A stretch of DNA of 64,000 nt from an uncultured Rhodobacteraceae bacterium. GTDB taxonomy: Bacteria > Pseudomonadota > Alphaproteobacteria > Rhodobacterales > Rhodobacteraceae. Location: positions 564,181-628,180 of the forward strand of contig CANMQO010000002.1 in assembly GCA_947500055.1 (NCBI GenBank). Reading direction: 5' to 3'. Shown piece by piece: positions 20,007 through 28,004 of the stretch (within the stretch, counting starts at the first letter, position 1; each line of letters opens with the position of its first letter). The translations under genes were made by a program, and so were the position numbers. Below the pieces are notes generated by a model. That model saw only the letters and a list, made by a program, of their open reading frames with translations. It ran no database searches and was not told the origin of the DNA.

Positions 20007-21062
20007 GTGACGGCACGGGCTTTAGAATACCGTCGATTGGAGGGGCTCGATCTGGCGCGCTACTTCGCATTTTTTGGCATGGTCATCGTCAACTTCAAAA
20101 TCGTTATGGGGGCCGAAGATGGCACGGGGTTGCTCAACGGCTTGACGGTTGCCCTGGAGGGCCGTGCCGCCGCGACTTTTGTTGTTTTGGCGGGAATCGG
20201 GCTGGGTTTGGCTGGGCTTAAAGGAATGGATCAGACGATTGCCGTCACTGTTAAGCGCGCAATCTTTCTGCTGATGCTTGGCTTGCTCAACATGACAATT
20301 TTCGATGCAGATATCCTGCACTATTACGCCTTCTACTTTCTGTTTGGTGTGCTGCTGTTGCCGCTATCCAACCGTGCCCTGCTTGGTATTCTCGTCGGTT
20401 TGAACGTCGCTTTCACGATTATGGTCCTGACGCTGGACTACGATGCGGGTTGGAATTGGGAAAGCTACACCTATGCGGATTTTTGGACACCGGTCGGTTT
20501 CTTGCGCAATCTTTTCTTCAACGGATGGCACCCTGTCATCCCCTGGCTGGGGTTCCTGCTGTTTGGCATCATCCTAAGCCGCACCCCACTGTCCGACCGG
20601 TCCACGCAGGTCAAACTTGTCGTGGGTGGCCTTGCGGCCATTGCGATCGCCGAGTTATCAAGTTTCCTGCTCGTGGCGCCATTATCTCAAATTGATCCTG
20701 AGCTCGCGATGTTGGTGACGACTGCGCCAGTGCCTCCCATGCCGCTCTATATGCTTGCGGGGATCGGGGCATCAAGTATCGTTGTCGGGCTTTGCCTCAT
20801 GATCGAAGGCCGCCTTCGTGATATGGGTGTTCTGCGGGTTTTGTTGCCCGCCGGGCGGCAGACCTTGACCCTGTATATCGCGCATATCGTCATCGGGATG
20901 GGCACGCTGGAAGCGCTCGACATGCTGGGTGGGCAGACCGTTTCCAAAGCGATAGGTGCCGCACTGCTGTTTTGTTTTGTGGCGACGGTCTATGCGATGA
21001 TCTGGGCGCGCTGGTTCAAGCGGGGGCCGATAGAGGCGGCGATGCGCAAATTGGCCGGATGA
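20007..21062 (+). CDS. DUF418/DUF1624-like polytopic membrane protein
   Basis: 351 aa with GTG start. RLEGLDLARYFAFFGMVIVN, about 9-10 TM segments; YeiB-like. Confidence 0.65.
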   Translation: MTARALEYRRLEGLDLARYFAFFGMVIVNFKIVMGAEDGTGLLNGLTVALEGRAAATFVVLAGIGLGLAGLKGMDQTIAVTVKRAIFLLMLGLLNMTIFDADILHYYAFYFLFGVLLLPLSNRALLGILVGLNVAFTIMVLTLDYDAGWNWESYTYADFWTPVGFLRNLFFNGWHPVIPWLGFLLFGIILSRTPLSDRSTQVKLVVGGLAAIAIAELSSFLLVAPLSQIDPELAMLVTTAPVPPMPLYMLAGIGASSIVVGLCLMIEGRLRDMGVLRVLLPAGRQTLTLYIAHIVIGMGTLEALDMLGGQTVSKAIGAALLFCFVATVYAMIWARWFKRGPIEAAMRKLAG

Positions 21063-21063
21063 C

Positions 21064-21094
21064 CATTTATTGTCACCAACCAGGACAATAAATG
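21064..21094 (+). terminator. perfect 11-bp stem hairpin (CATTTATTGTC-N9-GACAATAAATG), terminator or operator
   Basis: Starts 2 nt after the DUF418 stop codon. The stem is AT-rich and is followed by CCCTTTGGTGTT. It lies at the left border of the T6SS locus. Confidence 0.35.
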
Positions 21095-21226
21095 CCCTTT
21101 GGTGTTCTGGGTTTGCAGCAGTCAGCAATCCGATTTTCCTGACGCGGCATAAAACCATGCTTGACGCCTGCGGTTCAACTGCTGAAACTCTGCATCAGTC
21201 CCTGCTATTTTGAATTTTGGTCTTTT

Positions 21227-21823
21227 ATGCCCCCAGATGACGCCCCGCCACATGATGAGGAAAAGACCCGCCCACCTGCTGTGGCGACCCGATATGACAG
21301 TTTGGCAGCACTTTATCAGGCGATACCGCAACTGGCTGAGGTGACCCAGCAGCGCCCACGCCCCGACGAAGATGCGTTGGACTATCTCATGCGCCTGCGC
21401 CAATCCACGACCCCGGAAGAGGCCATTACAGTGACCGCTTTTGCGATACAGCCAAAGCTGGCGATCTGGTGGGGTCACGAATGTCTGCGCAATATGCCCG
21501 ATGCGCTGACCCCTCTGGACCGCCAGATGATGGAGTTGGTGGCGTCATGGATTGGCCGCCCGGATACCGCATTGCGCCATCATGTGATGCGTGAGGCACT
21601 TTTTGCCTCGGCCAAGTCCCCGGGTGTCCATCTGGCACTGGCGGTCGGGTGGTCGGGTGGATCAATCGCCCCCAATGATCCTGCCCCGGTCCATCCCAGC
21701 CGGGCCCCGCGCGCGATCAACACGTCGATCCTGTCCTGTCTCGCCCGTGCTGATCTGTCCCGCCGCCCGATTTTTCTGGCCCGCTTCATCGACATGGCGG
21801 AATCGCTTTTCAAGGTTTATTAG
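21227..21823 (+). CDS. hypothetical protein, first gene of T6SS block A
   Basis: ORF 21161..21823, ATG at 21227 (MPPDDAPPHDEEKTRPP...). Coding-like composition, 36-nt gap to tagH, same strand. I recognise no family. Confidence 0.5.
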   Translation: MPPDDAPPHDEEKTRPPAVATRYDSLAALYQAIPQLAEVTQQRPRPDEDALDYLMRLRQSTTPEEAITVTAFAIQPKLAIWWGHECLRNMPDALTPLDRQMMELVASWIGRPDTALRHHVMREALFASAKSPGVHLALAVGWSGGSIAPNDPAPVHPSRAPRAINTSILSCLARADLSRRPIFLARFIDMAESLFKVY

Positions 21824-21859
21824 CGGGCTGAAGATTTCACTAAATAGGTACGACGCTGC

Positions 21860-23107
21860 ATGACCCTGACATTGCGGATCGAGAATTATGACAGTCTGCC
21901 GGATGGCGGGCCGACCTCGGCCACAGTTGTGGACAAGGGGCTGACCGTGGGGCGGTCGGCAACGGCAGATTGGACGCTGCCTGACCCGCAGCGCCATATC
22001 TCGGGCCAGCATTTTGAGATCATCTATCGCGATAATGCCTACTTTCTGAAAGATCTGTCGACCAACGGCGTGTTTCTGGATGGTCAGCGCCATCGGATCG
22101 AGGGCGAGTATCTGGTGCAACAGGGTGATCGATTTCAGGTTGGTCACTATTTTATCGTTGTGCAATTGGGTAGAGCTGCAGCCCCCGGCGCCCCTGCACC
22201 TGCTGCATTCCCATCGCCGCCGCCCGCCTTTGATGATAGCGACCCGTGGGCTGTTGATTCAGCGCCTGCTTCGCCGATTGATGTGAACCCACGCCCGGAT
22301 CCGCGGGCGTTTGAGGATTTCGCGAGCGACTTTATCGTGAACCCGGTGCCCCCACCAGCTGCGCCAGCACCCGCCCCCGCCGCCGCACCCGTACCCCCGG
22401 CAGCGCCATCACCCTTTGGTGGATCAGATTCGCCCTTTGGCGACGGACCGACACCGGCCACACCAGCCCCGACCCCTGCACCGCAACCCAGTGTTCCTGC
22501 GCCACCGCACGCGACCGCCGCACCTGACAACGGCTCGGCTGTGCTGGCCGCCTTTTGCGAAGGCGCAGGGCTTCCACCACCGCCACCTGGCACAGCGGTC
22601 GATAGCACGGCGCTTGCCCGCGAATTGGGCCGCACCATGCAACGGGCTGCCGCAGAACTGATGGCTTTGCTGCAGGATCGCGCAGCTGCCAAGCAGTTTA
22701 CGCGGGGTGGTGAACGCACAATGATGGGGGCCGCGAACAACAACCCGCTGAAGTTTCTGCCAGATCCTGCACAGGCGCTGGAGGTGATGTTTCTGCAACC
22801 GCGTGATGGGTTCATGGCCGGGGGTGAGGGCATGACGGCTGCGCTGAAAGACGTCAAAACCCACCAAATGGCGGTGTTTGCTGCAATCCAGCCTGCGTTG
22901 ATCAAGTTGTTGGAGGACCTGTCACCCGAAGCGATTGAAGAGGCCACGGGCGCTGGTTTGCTGGCGGGTGGTCGCCGCAAATCATGGGACGAATTCGTCA
23001 AACGTTGGGACGCGAAGGCGGCAAATACCGAAAACGGCATGCTTGATGTGTTTCTGCGCCATTTCGCCGAAAGCTATGCTGCGGCTGTCGCAGCTTCGCG
23101 GGAGTAA
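21860..23107 (+). CDS. tagH: type VI secretion system-associated FHA domain protein TagH
   Basis: 415 aa. N-terminal FHA domain (GRSATADWTLPD...ISGQHFEI...LKDLSTNGVFLDG), a Pro/Ala-rich linker and a TagH-type C-terminal domain. Confidence 0.9.
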   Translation: MTLTLRIENYDSLPDGGPTSATVVDKGLTVGRSATADWTLPDPQRHISGQHFEIIYRDNAYFLKDLSTNGVFLDGQRHRIEGEYLVQQGDRFQVGHYFIVVQLGRAAAPGAPAPAAFPSPPPAFDDSDPWAVDSAPASPIDVNPRPDPRAFEDFASDFIVNPVPPPAAPAPAPAAAPVPPAAPSPFGGSDSPFGDGPTPATPAPTPAPQPSVPAPPHATAAPDNGSAVLAAFCEGAGLPPPPPGTAVDSTALARELGRTMQRAAAELMALLQDRAAAKQFTRGGERTMMGAANNNPLKFLPDPAQALEVMFLQPRDGFMAGGEGMTAALKDVKTHQMAVFAAIQPALIKLLEDLSPEAIEEATGAGLLAGGRRKSWDEFVKRWDAKAANTENGMLDVFLRHFAESYAAAVAASRE

Positions 23108-23223
23108 GGGTCTGGAATCCCTTGCTTGACCGTCGCCCGCCCCTGGGTCACCCTGATTGACGTAAGTATTTGGTTTGTATTTGTATCGGTTATCAGATTG
23201 TTGCCCGCCGCGAAGGAAATGTC

Positions 23224-24579
23224 ATGAGTTTTGACTGGCTCACCGCCCCTGTGTCAGAGGATGCCCCTTGCGGCCCTGATCTGGAAGCTACGGACGAGCC
23301 CGCATTCGTCGATTACTACTATGAAGCCGAGAGCCGTATGCCGGAGCGCTATTTTGTGCCCGGCATCAAAGGCCCGGATGATGATTTTACGCCCGGCACG
23401 TTGTTTGATCCCAAATCGATTCCGCATGCCGCCGAGAAAAAGACCATCACCGCCCTGCTGAAACGCAGTCGTGACGTCCGCCTTTTGTCTTTACTGGCCC
23501 GGATGATGATCCTTGCGGGTCGTTTACCAGATTTTGCCGACGCGCTTGAAGGTCTTGCGTTGGTGATGGAGGAATTTCCGACCGACGTGCATCCGCTGGA
23601 TGCGTCCGAACGTCGTGGCGCGATTGACGAGCTAGGCGGGTCCAGCACGGTGTTGCTGCCGCTGCAACATGCCAATTTGGCCGGTGCTGGAGAGGTTTCG
23701 CTGCGTCGCTACACGGTTGCCAATGGCGGCGCGGAGCCGCGCGAGGGCGAGGTCGGACTGAGCAGTGGCGCGATGCTGACCGAACTGGCCGCGCCGGGTA
23801 ATCGCCAGGCGGTCGAGGCGTCCCATGCCGCCCTGTCCAAGGCCGCTGATGCGCTGGCCCGGATCACATCGGCCTGTTTGCGCCTTGATGCCCCGTTCAC
23901 CCCGGCTGTGTCCCAGACCCAAAGCGTCATTGCGGATGTCCAGAAACTGATCAATGACGGTCGCGGTGATCTGGCCCCATGGTCGGCGGACGGGGCTGCA
24001 ACCCCTGCTGCTGATACGCCAACCGAGCCGTCCCCGGATGCCGACAATGCCAGCGTTCCAGATGCGGCCGCCCCAGCGGCCCAACCCGTCGCGGCACCCG
24101 TTCCAAGCACCAGCGTTCCCAATCGCGCTGCGGCCTTGCAAATCCTGACGACGCTGGAGTCCTATCTGGCCACGCATGAGCCTGCTGCCCCGTCGCTGTT
24201 GCTGATCACGCAGGCACGGCTGCTGGTCGGTCGCCCGCTGGTTGAGGCGATTGAGACGCTGATGCCTGAACAGGCCAATCAAACCAAGATGACATTTGGG
24301 GGCGATAGCGGATTCGTGTTATATATGGATCGGCTGAAGATGTTGGCCGGTGAAGGCGCCGGGCAGGCCAGTCCGGATGTTGACGCCGACCCCGGCCCAC
24401 CGCCGTTGATTGAAAACCGGGGTAATGTTGCCCCACTGATCAGTGCCGTCGAGGAGTATTTTCGTGTGCGCGAACCGGCCAGTCCGATCCCGGTCCTGCT
24501 GTTCAAGGCGCGGACCTATCTGGACAAGGATTTCGCGGCGATTGTCGCAGATTTGCTGCCGCCTGCAAACCCTGTGTGA
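23224..24579 (+). CDS. tssA: type VI secretion protein TssA (ImpA N-terminal domain)
   Basis: ORF 23170..24579, ATG at 23224. MSFDWLTAPVSEDAPCGPDLEATDEPAFVDYYYEAE is the ImpA_N signature. Confidence 0.85.
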   Translation: MSFDWLTAPVSEDAPCGPDLEATDEPAFVDYYYEAESRMPERYFVPGIKGPDDDFTPGTLFDPKSIPHAAEKKTITALLKRSRDVRLLSLLARMMILAGRLPDFADALEGLALVMEEFPTDVHPLDASERRGAIDELGGSSTVLLPLQHANLAGAGEVSLRRYTVANGGAEPREGEVGLSSGAMLTELAAPGNRQAVEASHAALSKAADALARITSACLRLDAPFTPAVSQTQSVIADVQKLINDGRGDLAPWSADGAATPAADTPTEPSPDADNASVPDAAAPAAQPVAAPVPSTSVPNRAAALQILTTLESYLATHEPAAPSLLLITQARLLVGRPLVEAIETLMPEQANQTKMTFGGDSGFVLYMDRLKMLAGEGAGQASPDVDADPGPPPLIENRGNVAPLISAVEEYFRVREPASPIPVLLFKARTYLDKDFAAIVADLLPPANPV

Positions 24580-24680
24580 TTGGACACATACAACCGCAGT
24601 TTGCATGTGTTAAGCTGTGAATAACGTTGACTTCATTGGGAAGACAAAGTTTCATGACGCCTATGTTGAGGAGAGATTAA

Positions 24681-25202
24681 ATGCCATCAGATTCCGCCAC
24701 TGGATTTATCAAACGCAATCGCCCGCCTCGGGTGAATATTTCGTACGCTGATCCATACGATAGCGAGAAGATGGTCGAACTGCCCTTTGTCATGGGTGTG
24801 CTGTCTGATTTGTCGGGGAATGCCTCTAAGGTTGAAAAGCCTGCGCTGGCCGAACGCAACTTTACCGATGTGACGTCAGCGACGCTGGATGACTATATGG
24901 CGAGTGTTTCGCCGGGCCTGTCTTTTGCCGTTGATAACAAGCTGGATCCGGACAGCGGAACGAAGCTAGGTGTGAACCTTGAATTTTCATCGATGGATGA
25001 TTTTGGCCCCGCACAAGTGGCCCGTCAGGTGCCTGCGTTGGCGAAGCTGTTGGAGGCCCGCGAGCAACTGGCGAATCTGTCACGCTACATGAATGGCAAA
25101 TCAAAGGCGCAGGATCACCTAAAGGCGCTGCTGGAAGACCCGGAACTGATGGCAGCACTGGCAGAGGCCAACAAAGCCGAAGACGACGAGAGCGCAGAAT
25201 AA
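24681..25202 (+). CDS. tssB: T6SS contractile sheath small subunit TssB (VipA)
   Basis: 173 aa. RPPRVNISYADPYDSEKMVELPFVMGVLSDLSG is characteristic of TssB. Confidence 0.95.
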   Translation: MPSDSATGFIKRNRPPRVNISYADPYDSEKMVELPFVMGVLSDLSGNASKVEKPALAERNFTDVTSATLDDYMASVSPGLSFAVDNKLDPDSGTKLGVNLEFSSMDDFGPAQVARQVPALAKLLEAREQLANLSRYMNGKSKAQDHLKALLEDPELMAALAEANKAEDDESAE

Positions 25203-25259
25203 TAACCCGCGACGCGCCGGTTGTGGCGCAGATCGCGGACCGCATAGGGAAGAAGTAAT

Positions 25260-26753
25260 ATGGCAGACGAAGCGCAACAGCAGGACGCCCAAGTTCAGGA
25301 GGGTCTGAGCGAGCTTGACGAGTTTTCCGATATCCTCAAGCAGACCATCAAACCACGGACCGAGGAAGCCGCCAAAGAGGTCGACAACGCAGTGGTGACC
25401 CTTGTCCGCGAGGCGTTGAATGATCAGACGGTCATTTCCGAAGATATCATCGACACGATCGGCGCGATGCTGGCCAAGATCGACAAGAAGCTGACCGATC
25501 AGGTGAACCAGATCATTCACGCCAAGGAATTCCAGGAACTGGAAAGCAGCTGGCGCGGTCTGGCCTATACGGTCAATAACTCCGAGACTGATAGTTCCCT
25601 GCGGGTGAACGTCATGAACGTGTCCAAGGGCGAGCTGAAGAGCGAGCTGCGCCGCTATCCCGGTGCCAAATGGGACAAGAGCCCGCTCTTCACCAAGATC
25701 TACGAACAGGAATTCGGCACCATGGGCGGTAAGCCCTTTGGCGCGTTGATTGGCGACTATTACTTTGACCATTCCAGCGGCGATGTCGGCCTGCTGCGCG
25801 ACATGTCAAAGATCGCGGCAACGGCGCATGCACCCTTCATCTCTTCCGCTGCGCCGGCATTGCTTGGCATGGATAACTGGACAGAGATGCCAAACCCCGC
25901 TGATCTGTCCGAAATTTTTGACACCCCTGACTACGCCGCATGGAACAGCCTGCGCGACAGCGAGAATTCCCGCTACCTGGCGCTGACATTGCCACGTGCC
26001 TTGTCCCGCGAACCATATACTCAGGATGGCACAGCCGTTGTCGAGGAATTTGATTTCATCGAAGAAACAGACGGCCACGAGGGCAATCAATACGCCTGGA
26101 TGAACGCCGCACACGCGATGGCCGCCAATATCAACCGTGCCCATAAGGAACATGGCTGGACCGTGAAAATTCGCGGCGTCCAGTCCGGTGGCGAGGTGAT
26201 CAACCTGCCGACCCATACCTTTGATACCGGCGATGGCTCTAAGGACATGAAAATCCCGACCGAAGTGTCGATCACCGATCGTCGCGAAGGTGAGTTGAGC
26301 AAGGCAGGCCTGATTGGCCTGATCCATCGCAAACATACCGACAAGGCCGCATTTATTGGCGCCCAGTCACTGTATCGCCCCAAGAAATACACTGACGATC
26401 TGGCGACTGCGTCTGACAACATGTCCTCGCGCATCCCATATATTTTTGCTGTCTCGCGTTTCAGCCACTACCTGAAATGCATGGTGCGTGATAAGATCGG
26501 CCAAAGCCCTGATCGCATCCAGCTTGAGAAAGATCTGCAGACCTGGATCAATAAATATGTCTCTGCAAACCCCGAAAGCGCCACTGAGAAAGAGAAGGCG
26601 AAGAAGCCTCTCGCTGGTGCAACCGTGCAGGTCATAGAAGATGAGGAAAACCCCGGCTACTATATGGGTAAGTTTTTCCTCAAACCGCACTTCCAGATGG
26701 AAGGCATGGATATCGGCATGAGCCTGGTATCCAAGCTGCCTAGCGGCAAATGA
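25260..26753 (+). CDS. tssC: T6SS contractile sheath large subunit TssC (VipB)
   Basis: 497 aa. FQELESSWRGLAYTV, PFGALIGDYYF, APFISSAAP, and a TssC-type C-terminus. Confidence 0.95.
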   Translation: MADEAQQQDAQVQEGLSELDEFSDILKQTIKPRTEEAAKEVDNAVVTLVREALNDQTVISEDIIDTIGAMLAKIDKKLTDQVNQIIHAKEFQELESSWRGLAYTVNNSETDSSLRVNVMNVSKGELKSELRRYPGAKWDKSPLFTKIYEQEFGTMGGKPFGALIGDYYFDHSSGDVGLLRDMSKIAATAHAPFISSAAPALLGMDNWTEMPNPADLSEIFDTPDYAAWNSLRDSENSRYLALTLPRALSREPYTQDGTAVVEEFDFIEETDGHEGNQYAWMNAAHAMAANINRAHKEHGWTVKIRGVQSGGEVINLPTHTFDTGDGSKDMKIPTEVSITDRREGELSKAGLIGLIHRKHTDKAAFIGAQSLYRPKKYTDDLATASDNMSSRIPYIFAVSRFSHYLKCMVRDKIGQSPDRIQLEKDLQTWINKYVSANPESATEKEKAKKPLAGATVQVIEDEENPGYYMGKFFLKPHFQMEGMDIGMSLVSKLPSGK

Positions 26754-26819
26754 CGACCCCTCCCCCCACCAACACGTTAGCGCATTTCATCACGCTGGCG
26801 GCCAAAACGGAGTAAGATA

Positions 26820-27317
26820 ATGGCTGTTGATATTTTTCTGAAACTTGCAAACAACATCAAAGGCGAGTCCCAAGACGCCACACATATGGACGAGATTGAC
26901 GTCCTGGCATGGAACTGGGGTTTGTCCCAGTCCGGCACGACGCATATCGGGTCCGGCGGTGGTGGCGGTAAGGTCAACGTTCAGGATATTTCCCTGACCA
27001 AATATGTTGATCTGGCGTCCAACGACCTGATCAAGCGCTGCACAACCGGCGAGCATATCGAGAATGGCGAACTGATCGTGCGCAAATCGGGTGGTGCTGC
27101 CCCGGTTGAATACTTCCGTATCAAGATGGAAAATATCATGATCACATCCTACGCCACGGGCGGTTCCAAGGATGGTCTGGATCGTATTCAGGAGAATCTG
27201 ACACTGAACTTCCGCAAGTTCGAAATCGCCTACACCTTGCAGGAAGCATCCGGTGCGGCCGGTGCTGAATCCCTTGCTGGTTGGGATGTTGCCAAGAACG
27301 AAGAGTGGAGCTCTTAA
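26820..27317 (+). CDS. hcp: T6SS tube protein Hcp (TssD)
   Basis: 165 aa. MAVDIFLKLANNIKGESQDATHMDEIDVLAWNWGLSQSG... is a typical Hcp1-family N-terminus. GGAG RBS upstream. Confidence 0.95.
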   Translation: MAVDIFLKLANNIKGESQDATHMDEIDVLAWNWGLSQSGTTHIGSGGGGGKVNVQDISLTKYVDLASNDLIKRCTTGEHIENGELIVRKSGGAAPVEYFRIKMENIMITSYATGGSKDGLDRIQENLTLNFRKFEIAYTLQEASGAAGAESLAGWDVAKNEEWSS

Positions 27318-27353
27318 TCGGCCATTTGCCGATGAAATCGCAAAACGACAATT

Positions 27354-27382
27354 TTCGGGGCCGCAGGGCCCCGAATTTCCTT
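27354..27382 (+). terminator. Rho-independent terminator/attenuator downstream of hcp
   Basis: TTCGGGGCC-GCAG-GGCCCCGAA: 9-bp perfect GC-rich stem, 4-nt loop, followed by TTTCCTT. It lies 37 nt after the hcp stop and 32 nt before tssE. Confidence 0.55.
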
Positions 27383-27413
27383 GAGATGCCGCAGGCTTGT
27401 CTAGCTGACCATC

Positions 27414-28004
27414 ATGAATACCGACCCGTCACATCGCAAAGCCACCACTGGCCGTTCCGACCCGAAGGACCGCCGCCAGATTTCGCTGATGCATGTGTTC
27501 CGCGCCGCCCGCGCCAGTGGTGACGCGGGCAAGGATGAGGCCAATTATCAGGATGGCGCCCGGGAGATGACGGCCCGCAGTCAGGAACGCCGTATCGGCA
27601 CCGACGAGGCCACATTGCGCGCCCATCTGACCGCCGATCTGGCCAGCCTGATGAACACAATCAATCTGGACGCTATCGTCCCCCTTGACGATGCCCCATA
27701 TGTTTCGAAATCCGTGATCAATTACGGTTTCGGCGATATGAGCGAGATGTCCAATTCCGCCCATGCCGGTCGTCAGATCGCTGCGTTGATCCGCGACACG
27801 TTGATTGAACATGAACCACGGCTGATCGCCGACACGATCGAGATCAGACTAAACCGTGATGAACAAGAGGCCACCCAGCGCCTGAGCTTTGATGTCTCCG
27901 CCGAGATGGTGGCCACCCCGGTTGATGTCCCGCTCGATTTCGTGGCCGAGGTTGATATGGGCGCGGGCAAAATCCAGATGACCCGCCTGCGGGTGCAGAC
28001 ATGA
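27414..28004 (+). CDS. tssE: T6SS baseplate protein TssE (gp25-like)
   Basis: 196 aa. GPW/gp25-like core LRAHLTADLASLMNTINLD...YGFGDMSEM...IRDTLIEHEPRL. About 60 extra aa at the N-terminus. 4-nt overlap with tssF. Confidence 0.85.
   Translation: MNTDPSHRKATTGRSDPKDRRQISLMHVFRAARASGDAGKDEANYQDGAREMTARSQERRIGTDEATLRAHLTADLASLMNTINLDAIVPLDDAPYVSKSVINYGFGDMSEMSNSAHAGRQIAALIRDTLIEHEPRLIADTIEIRLNRDEQEATQRLSFDVSAEMVATPVDVPLDFVAEVDMGAGKIQMTRLRVQT

Noticed and set aside
22147-23040. Long antisense or alternative-frame ORFs across the window. Examples: 22147..23040 (-), 12675..13604 (-), 28541..29509 (-), 41725..42351 (-), 37481..38020 (+), 49309..50436 (+), 50982..52171 (+), 55755..56885 (+), 60233..61348 (+).
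   Set aside because: Each lies entirely inside a gene with a clear family assignment on the other strand or in another frame. Their translations are low-complexity (Arg/Pro/Ala/Gly/Ser-rich), as expected for shadow ORFs in GC-rich or repetitive DNA. None resembles a family I recognise.
24627-24655. Possible sigma-70-type promoter upstream of tssB (TTGACT-N17-TTTCAT).
   Set aside because: The -35 is good, but the -10 matches only 3 of 6 positions. tssB may simply be co-transcribed with tssA. The evidence is too weak.
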